56,175 nucleotides of DNA from Hydrogenobaculum sp. Its GTDB lineage: Bacteria > Aquificota > Aquificia > Aquificales > Aquificaceae. Position numbers and translations under genes: made by a program. Shown one piece after another: positions 51,501-56,175 of this stretch; position 1 is the stretch's first letter; every line of letters begins with the position of its first letter. Location: NCBI GenBank assembly GCA_002878215.1, contig PNJC01000044.1:1-56175 (forward strand). Direction: 5' to 3'. Under the pieces are notes generated by a model. The model was not told the origin of the DNA and searched no databases. It saw only the letters and a program-made list of their open reading frames with translations.

Positions 51501-51666
51501 TCTTGGACTTTTGCCAGCAGCTATAAGGACTGGTATAGGCACTCAAGTCCAAAAACCATTGGCTGTAGTAGTTGTAAGCGGAATGAGTATAGGTACTATT
51601 GCTACCCTTCTTTTGATACCGGTACTTCTTTATATTGTCCCACCCAAAGATTATCCTAAGTTTTAG
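48583..51666 (+). CDS. CusA/CzcA family heavy-metal RND permease
   Basis: NLISLGAVDFGIIIDSAILLAEN (CzcA-type proton-relay motif), EFIPTLDEG, FRPVLMT, QKPLA. Confidence 0.93.
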   Translation: MRSFINFVLQNKIVFIFVVLLLFIFSIFGLKKLDVEPFPDYSPVVVEITAIYAGHSAKEVEKQVTIPLESALSAIPYATRINTLSLYGLSDVKVTFSYDISYDAAKQHIINRLTQANLPPGVQPVIQSNPVGEVMRFQVRGLKHQSLMDLRTLADWPICRQIKTVPGIEDCNPIGGFEKQYQVIVDPQKLVKYGLTLTQVQNAIANANINVGGNYTEIGEQTYTIRGIGLIKNLNDIKNIVLTNYNGTPITVADVGKVRIGHAPVQGYMGLSIREPNGKWYSRNQVVVVTAVMRKDAQSVPTLRALNKKIKELNEQYKSQGVELVPYYTRQTLLNAVINKIKENATIGIILILAMVIFFLGDVPIALIVASVVPIALISTLAFMALRGEEANLISLGAVDFGIIIDSAILLAENIFRISGEKENHSADYVIAYATMDIAKPVMFSILIIIASFIPLFMMSGAQGVLFSPMARTYVYALAIAIVLTFTFVPSAIGLVKKEINKKEPKIPLILTDFYIKILKQILKIAKPFTIASFIVIAIMLICFKFLGTEFIPTLDEGNIYLRITFPYSIALSTSHKYANEVRQYMMTFPEVVSVDSRAGRPEDGTDDVGPYDTEYSIQLLPYSKWPDGMTKKKLENIMRKHLEKMFPGADVNFSQYIQDNFDEVLSGVKGENSLKIYGPKLEELDKLGREITPVLEHIKGMADVGMYKELGQPEIDVRVDREKAARYGLNTGDVLNIIQAAIGSSPVTEVLKGDEQFDLVIRFPKDYRKTAKEIASIPILTPNGQIIKLGDVADVRYHIGAFFIYRENYQRFLPIKFSITTSNVGGVIKKAKEAIAKAVKLPPGYHLEWSGEYKQMIQAQRQMAIIIPVAVFIALAILYLYFKSLRYTFVAFSSAVVAIGTAIVTLLLLGMAFSVSSAIGFISVMGVSIMNGSVIVTQFIRLYESGLSVYDAVIETMKDKFRPVLMTGLVAALGLLPAAIRTGIGTQVQKPLAVVVVSGMSIGTIATLLLIPVLLYIVPPKDYPKF

Positions 51667-51707
51667 ACTTTCTTCTTTGCCCTCACCATTCTCTGCTTTC
51701 TTTTTAT

Positions 51708-51818
51708 TTAATGATTTAATATCTGATATAACTTATAAAATAAAAGAGCCAACATAAAAAGCACGTATATCCTTAAAAATATCAAAGAAAACTTTACCCA
51801 AAAATTATATCTGCTCAT
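51708..51818 (-). CDS. Putative 36-aa single-TM peptide MSRYNFWVKFSLIFLRIYVLFMLALLFYKLYQILNH, downstream of the NRAMP gene
   Basis: GGAGGT SD (51827-51832) 8 nt before the ATG at 51818, which lies 5 nt after the NRAMP stop; one hydrophobic helix. Confidence 0.65.
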   Translation of the reverse strand: MSRYNFWVKFSLIFLRIYVLFMLALLFYKLYQILNH

Positions 51819-51823
51819 AATAC

Positions 51824-53089
51824 TTAACCTCCTGGAAACAGCGTTTGGAAAGCATACACCAAAGAAAGCACCATAACAAATACTATTATTAAAGCCACAA
51901 ATACATTTGACCATATGTTGTTTGTATAGCTTCCCATAAGCTCTTTATCGTTTAATAGCAAAAGCAAAAACAACAAAGCTGGTGGTAATAAAAACGTATT
52001 CATAACTTGCACAAGCAAGTTTATAATCACCAAAGGAGCATGTGGTATAAGGACTATGCTTCCAGCTACGCTTACACTTAAGATGTATATGGTGTAAAAC
52101 CACTTTGCTCTTTGAAAGGGTAGATTAAGGCTGTGCTCCCAACCAAACACCTCTCCAAAAGCCCAAGAGGTAGAAAGAGCCAATGTAACAGCAGCCACAG
52201 CACCAGCGGAAAAAAGCCCTATTGCAAATATAGTCCCAGCGTATTTGCCTAAGAATGGTACCAAAGCCCTTGCTGCTTCTGAAGCATCTTGTATGTTGTT
52301 GTAAGGTGGATGCCCATATAAAGTGGCACCGGTGGTTATTATGATTGAAGCGGCCACTATAGCAGTACCAAGACTACCTATAAAGGTATCTATTCTACCT
52401 ATTCTTATATCATCTATACCCATCTTCCTATCTACCACAGCACTTTGCTGGAAGAAAAGCATCCAAGGGGATATAGTGGTACCTATGTTTGCTATAAAAA
52501 GTGTCAGAAACGTTGGCGAAAATATATCTATACCCTGGAATGTAAAAGACTTGAGCACTTCATTTATATCAGGATGAGCTTTTATAGCCGCTGGTATGAA
52601 AACAAGCTGTAAGAGCGCAAAGGCTATAAGAGATTTTTCCACAAACATGTATCCACCACTTAAAACAAGCAGTATCATAGCTCCTACAGCTATTGGAATG
52701 GTTACTTCATATGGAAGTCCAAACACCATTTTTACAGCCGCTCCTATACCTATAAACTCCGTTACAAGGGTAAAAGTGTTTGCTATAAAAAGGTCTGCCA
52801 GAGAAAACCATCCCCAGAACTTACCAAACTTCTTGTATATAAGCTCTGCATGACCTTCTTTTGTAACAGCTCCAAGCCTTACAGTCATCTCTTGGACTAC
52901 AAAGGCAAGCAAAGACATTATAAATACAGCCCCTACCAACGTATACTTTGTCTGGGATCCTGTCACTGCATACGTGGTGATGCCACCAGCATCGTTGTCT
53001 GCCATCATCACTAGAAAACCTGGCCCAAGCACTAAAAGTGGTGCTATAAACCTTTTTGCAATTTGTGTGAATTTTGATTGTTCTACCAT
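51824..53089 (-). CDS. NRAMP-family divalent metal transporter (DNDAGG-type, NrmT/Mg-like subgroup)
   Basis: GPGFLVMMADNDAGGITTY, QEMTVRLGAVT, GTTISPWMLFFQQS motifs; about 11 TM helices. Confidence 0.88.
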   Translation of the reverse strand: MVEQSKFTQIAKRFIAPLLVLGPGFLVMMADNDAGGITTYAVTGSQTKYTLVGAVFIMSLLAFVVQEMTVRLGAVTKEGHAELIYKKFGKFWGWFSLADLFIANTFTLVTEFIGIGAAVKMVFGLPYEVTIPIAVGAMILLVLSGGYMFVEKSLIAFALLQLVFIPAAIKAHPDINEVLKSFTFQGIDIFSPTFLTLFIANIGTTISPWMLFFQQSAVVDRKMGIDDIRIGRIDTFIGSLGTAIVAASIIITTGATLYGHPPYNNIQDASEAARALVPFLGKYAGTIFAIGLFSAGAVAAVTLALSTSWAFGEVFGWEHSLNLPFQRAKWFYTIYILSVSVAGSIVLIPHAPLVIINLLVQVMNTFLLPPALLFLLLLLNDKELMGSYTNNIWSNVFVALIIVFVMVLSLVYAFQTLFPGG

Positions 53090-53095
53090 GCTAAT

Positions 53096-53127
53096 ATTAT
53101 ACTTTGCCTTTATTAAATTTTCATTAA
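53096..53127 (-). promoter_or_regulatory. NRAMP promoter: TTAAT-N6-TTAAT, 10 nt, TATAAT, 6 nt, ATG (leaderless)
   Basis: Plus-strand attaa at 53112 and 53123; attata at 53096-53101. Confidence 0.5.
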
Positions 53128-53241
53128 AACGTTAGAATGTGGTTATTTCATATGTTATAATTTTTTGATTTATCTTGTTTGGTTTTAAAAATCTATTTTT
53201 GGGATTTTAACTTGGGATTTTAAAAAGAAAATTTAAGACAA

Positions 53242-53260
53242 TGCCCCACAAGGTTGGGCA
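53242..53260 (-). terminator. Possible weak intrinsic terminator after the 91-aa gene
   Basis: Minus-strand TGCCCAAC-CTT-GTGGGGCA hairpin with one mismatch, followed by TTGTCTT. Confidence 0.35.
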
Positions 53261-53266
53261 CGTTGT

Positions 53267-53542
53267 TTAGGATTCTTCGTCTAAGACCAGTAAGACATTT
53301 ACTCTTGAGATATCAACACTAACGAACTTCGGCATATTTTGAGATTGGTTTGAAAAATTATACCAATCTTCAGAACCTTCATTTTTGACAATATTAAGCA
53401 ACTCGTTTTTATCGACGATTGCTACTCTTTTGTTCATTTTGATTAGCTTTTCTTCCATTCTCTCCAAAGATTTTTGGCTTTTACATCTTATAAGCCTAAC
53501 TCGGTTTAACATCTTGGTTCGCCACAAGCTTCTTAGCTTCAT
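53267..53542 (-). CDS. Hypothetical protein (91 aa)
   Basis: Strong AAGGAGGT SD; intergenic location; no recognisable family. Confidence 0.7.
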   Translation of the reverse strand: MKLRSLWRTKMLNRVRLIRCKSQKSLERMEEKLIKMNKRVAIVDKNELLNIVKNEGSEDWYNFSNQSQNMPKFVSVDISRVNVLLVLDEES

Positions 53543-53570
53543 AATTTTACCTCCTTTTAGGTATATCTTA

Positions 53571-53624
53571 AATATAACCTTTTAATGTTAATATTTTATT
53601 AATTTTTGATGAAAAATATATGAA
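53571..53624 (-). promoter_or_regulatory. Four 11-bp-period direct repeats (TTCAT, TTCAT, TTAAT, TTAAC), 10 nt, then -10 TATATT; OmpR/PhoB-like array
   Basis: Plus-strand pentamers start at 53587, 53598, 53609 and 53620; -10 at 53571-53576. Confidence 0.55.
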
Positions 53625-53630
53625 GATACT

Positions 53631-54749
53631 TTAGTTTTTCAAGCTTTTAAAAGCTTCATAAAGAATCTCTAAATCCTCGCTGGAATAAGATAGCGATGCA
53701 GTTAACCTTAGAATGGCTTTGTTTTTTGGCACTGTTGGGTATCTGATGGCTTGTATAAAGATGCCATTTTCTAACAATTTGTCTCTTAGCTTTAGAGCTT
53801 TATCTTCTTCGCCTACTTTTATAGGTATTATAGGCGTGGTAAAGTCTTCTTTTGTCTGGAAATTGAATTCTTTTATTATATCTAACATATATTTTGTTCG
53901 TTTTTTTAGCTCATCTTTGTATTTGTCTAAATTTTCTTCAATAAGTTCTAAGGCTTTTATAGAAGCAAAAACCATTGGAAGTCCTAAAGCTGTAGAAAAT
54001 ATGTAAGACCTTGCTTTGTTAACGATATACTCCACAATAGATCTTTTTGCACAAACAAATCCGCCTTGAGAGCCTATTGCTTTTGACAAAGTCCCCATTA
54101 TAATTATATTTTCTTCTGGTAAAAGCCCAAAATAATCGTATATACCTTTTCCTATAGTCCCAGTGGCATGCGCTTCGTCAATAACAATATAAGCTTCAAA
54201 TTCTTTTGAAATATCTATTAGCTCTTTTAACCTTGTTAAATCCCCCTCCATGCTAAATACAGAATCAGATACTATATAAGCTCTTCTGTGTTTTTGCCTT
54301 GATGATTTTAAAAGCTCAAAAAGATGATTAATATTGTTATGTTGGTAAATATATTTTGAAGCTTTTGATAACCTTATCCCGTCTATTATTGATGCGTGAT
54401 TTAATTCATCGCTGTAAAAAGCATCTTCTTCATTGCCTAACGCTTGGAAAAGTCCTATGTTTGTAGAGTATCCAGATGGGAAGACTATGCAATCTTCTTT
54501 GGACTTTAACTTGCTAAGCATAAACTCTAGCTCTTTATGGTATTTTGTATATCCATTCACAAGGCTTGAGGCAGTAGCACCTATTGTGTTTGTTTTTCTT
54601 AATTTCTCTATAACATACTCTATCACTTCCTTGTTTTTAGACATACCAAGATAATCGTTTGAACAAAATATTCTCTTGTTTTCTATGGTTTCTCTTTTTC
54701 TGTATAGTTTTTGGCTTTTAATATATTCCAACTCCTCTTCAAAGTCCAT
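53631..54749 (-). CDS. bioF: 8-amino-7-oxononanoate synthase
   Basis: CSNDYLG, DELNHASIIDG, VFSMEGD, DEAHATG, GTLSKAIG, AIRYPTVP motifs; ATG at 54749 preferred. Confidence 0.92.
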   Translation of the reverse strand: MDFEEELEYIKSQKLYRKRETIENKRIFCSNDYLGMSKNKEVIEYVIEKLRKTNTIGATASSLVNGYTKYHKELEFMLSKLKSKEDCIVFPSGYSTNIGLFQALGNEEDAFYSDELNHASIIDGIRLSKASKYIYQHNNINHLFELLKSSRQKHRRAYIVSDSVFSMEGDLTRLKELIDISKEFEAYIVIDEAHATGTIGKGIYDYFGLLPEENIIIMGTLSKAIGSQGGFVCAKRSIVEYIVNKARSYIFSTALGLPMVFASIKALELIEENLDKYKDELKKRTKYMLDIIKEFNFQTKEDFTTPIIPIKVGEEDKALKLRDKLLENGIFIQAIRYPTVPKNKAILRLTASLSYSSEDLEILYEAFKSLKN

Positions 54750-54795
54750 AAATGTATTATACAAACTTTTTCAAAAAGTGATAAAATTAGTTATT

Positions 54796-55584
54796 ATGAT
54801 TACTAAAAGCTTGTATACGGGGGCAGAAATAACTTGGTGTAGGAATTGTGGAAACTTTGGCATCATGGGTGCTTTGGGAGCAGCTCTAAATGAGCTTACA
54901 GACAGCATACCTCTTGAAAAGTTTGTTATGGTAACAGGTATAGGGTGTCACGGCAAGATATTTGATTATATTGATATAAACGGTTTCTATTCTTTACACG
55001 GAAGGGCTGTTGCCACTGCAAGCGGTATAAAACTAGCCAATGAAGATTTAAAAGTAATATGCTTTGTAGGGGACGGCGACGGATACGGCGAGGGCCTTGA
55101 GCACCTTATCTTTGCTGCTAAAAGAAACATAGATATTACAGTTATAGTACATGATAATAGATCTTATAGCCTTACTACTGGACAGTTTACGCCTACTAGC
55201 GCTTTAGATTTTAAAGGTAAGTCTACACCAAAAGGGCCACCAGAAGACCCTATAAATCCTATATCTCTTTTAATGGAAGCTGGAGCTACTTTTGTTGCAA
55301 GAGGGTATTCCGGCTATATAGACCATCTTAAGGATCTTATCAAAAAAGCGGTGCTCCATAAAGGTTTTTCTATTGTAGAGACTTTACAACCTTGTGTGAT
55401 ATTTTACAATACGTATGATTTTTACAACAGCCGTGTTTATAAGCTTGAAAACCATAATCCAAACGATTTTAATAAAGCTTATGCTGTGGCCAAAGAATGG
55501 GATTACATAAAAATTGATGCAAAAATTCCGATAGGAATAATATATGAGAATACGAATAAGAAAACTTATGAAGAGAGAGTGTAA
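54796..55584 (+). CDS. 2-oxoacid:ferredoxin oxidoreductase beta subunit (TPP-binding)
   Basis: TWCRNCG, GIGCHG, LHGRA, GDGD...HDN, TTGQFTPT, QPC motifs; ATG at 54796 avoids overlap with bioF. Confidence 0.9.
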   Translation: MITKSLYTGAEITWCRNCGNFGIMGALGAALNELTDSIPLEKFVMVTGIGCHGKIFDYIDINGFYSLHGRAVATASGIKLANEDLKVICFVGDGDGYGEGLEHLIFAAKRNIDITVIVHDNRSYSLTTGQFTPTSALDFKGKSTPKGPPEDPINPISLLMEAGATFVARGYSGYIDHLKDLIKKAVLHKGFSIVETLQPCVIFYNTYDFYNSRVYKLENHNPNDFNKAYAVAKEWDYIKIDAKIPIGIIYENTNKKTYEERV

Positions 55585-55642
55585 GATAATAAAATTATGC
55601 ATTTTTCCAAATTAGTAATTATTTTATGAGTGGGGGTAATAT

Positions 55643-56175
55643 ATGAAAACATTTAAGATGAACAATGTCGTTAGAAGTTTAAAATTTTGTATGTTGGCTT
55701 TGAGTCTATTGAGTCCTTTGATGTCTTTAGCGTATCCCTCTGATTTTAAAGATCAGGTTGACTTGGTTTTTAATGTTTTGACTGGTAAATCTTGTAAAAA
55801 TTTATACGATGCTGCAAACGCCATATATAGAGATCAAGCTAACAAGTATAATGCTGATATTACCCCTATGACATCCTATGAAAAAGTAGAGAAAATATGC
55901 AAAGAAAATAGATTTATATGCACCAAAGACAACAACAAGCTTTTGTTTAGCATAGGAAAAATTAGGAACGAAAACGATGGGTACAAGGTTGTTACAATGA
56001 ATTTTTATACTAAAAATAACAAAAATCTTATGACAAAGTGCAACATAGTTATAAATACTAAAAATACGAACAGAGGCTATCCTATATCTTTACCAGAGAT
56101 ATCAAGCAATTTAAGAGAATGTATAAAAACTATAGAAAATAAGTATTGTGTTGTAAAAGCCTTAAACAACATTTA
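55643..56175 (+). CDS. Hypothetical secreted protein (3'-truncated by window edge)
   Basis: GGGGGT SD; frame open to the window end; signal peptide MKTFKMNNVVRSLKFCMLALSLLSPLMSLA followed by YPSDFKDQ; several Cys. Confidence 0.75.
   Translation, partial: MKTFKMNNVVRSLKFCMLALSLLSPLMSLAYPSDFKDQVDLVFNVLTGKSCKNLYDAANAIYRDQANKYNADITPMTSYEKVEKICKENRFICTKDNNKLLFSIGKIRNENDGYKVVTMNFYTKNNKNLMTKCNIVINTKNTNRGYPISLPEISSNLRECIKTIENKYCVVKALNNI

Noticed and set aside
53199-53224. TTGGGATTTT(T)AA repeated twice
   Set aside because: Two short imperfect copies in AT-rich DNA, with no spacer structure or cas genes, so not CRISPR
53090-53266. Metal-sensing riboswitch (M-box or yybP-ykoY) upstream of the NRAMP gene
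   Set aside because: The region is very AT-rich with no recognisable aptamer, and a -10 sits 6 nt from the ATG, leaving no leader; an Rfam/Infernal scan would settle it
54676-54795. Longer N-termini given by the ORF track (54676; also 742, 10197, 27857, 42022, 54764)
   Set aside because: The extensions overlap neighbouring genes or promoter elements; downstream ATGs fit SD or -10 spacing and family N-termini better
203-55602. Many short antisense or alternate-frame ORFs in the track (e.g. 8802..9176, 13846..14262, 36521..36940, 26895..27215, 48010..48318)
   Set aside because: They overlap well-supported genes and have no recognisable motifs or translation signals

Overview
AT-rich chromosomal segment from an Aquificota bacterium, probably Hydrogenobaculum-like (inferred from gene content and protein style, not from a search). 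Positions 1-15259 hold two tandem, translationally coupled complex I (nuo) gene sets: 'I-J-K-L-M-N-A then CD-H-I-J-K-L-M-N, with no nuoB or nuoEFG in the window. The paralogue pairs are very divergent except nuoL, whose two copies share an apparently identical 1694-bp tract exactly 9500 bp apart. That tract ends where NuoL-1 carries an extra 27-aa copy of the lateral-helix repeat. NuoM-1 has Lys instead of the canonical Glu in TM12. Together these suggest a standard complex I plus an elongated, four-antiporter variant built from shared parts. The rest is housekeeping genes (gmk, rpoZ, sbcC, panD, ileS, lpxK, pycA-like, proC, recN, prmA, serA, lysC, bioF), two heavy-metal RND efflux loci (one adaptor pseudogenised), and an NRAMP-related transporter followed by an unannotated 36-aa membrane peptide. 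Regulatory patterns include many apparently leaderless promoters, an 11-bp-period direct-repeat box in the same geometry at four promoters, and an FNR/DNR-like box at -41.5. No rRNA, tRNA, CRISPR array or mobile element was recognised.
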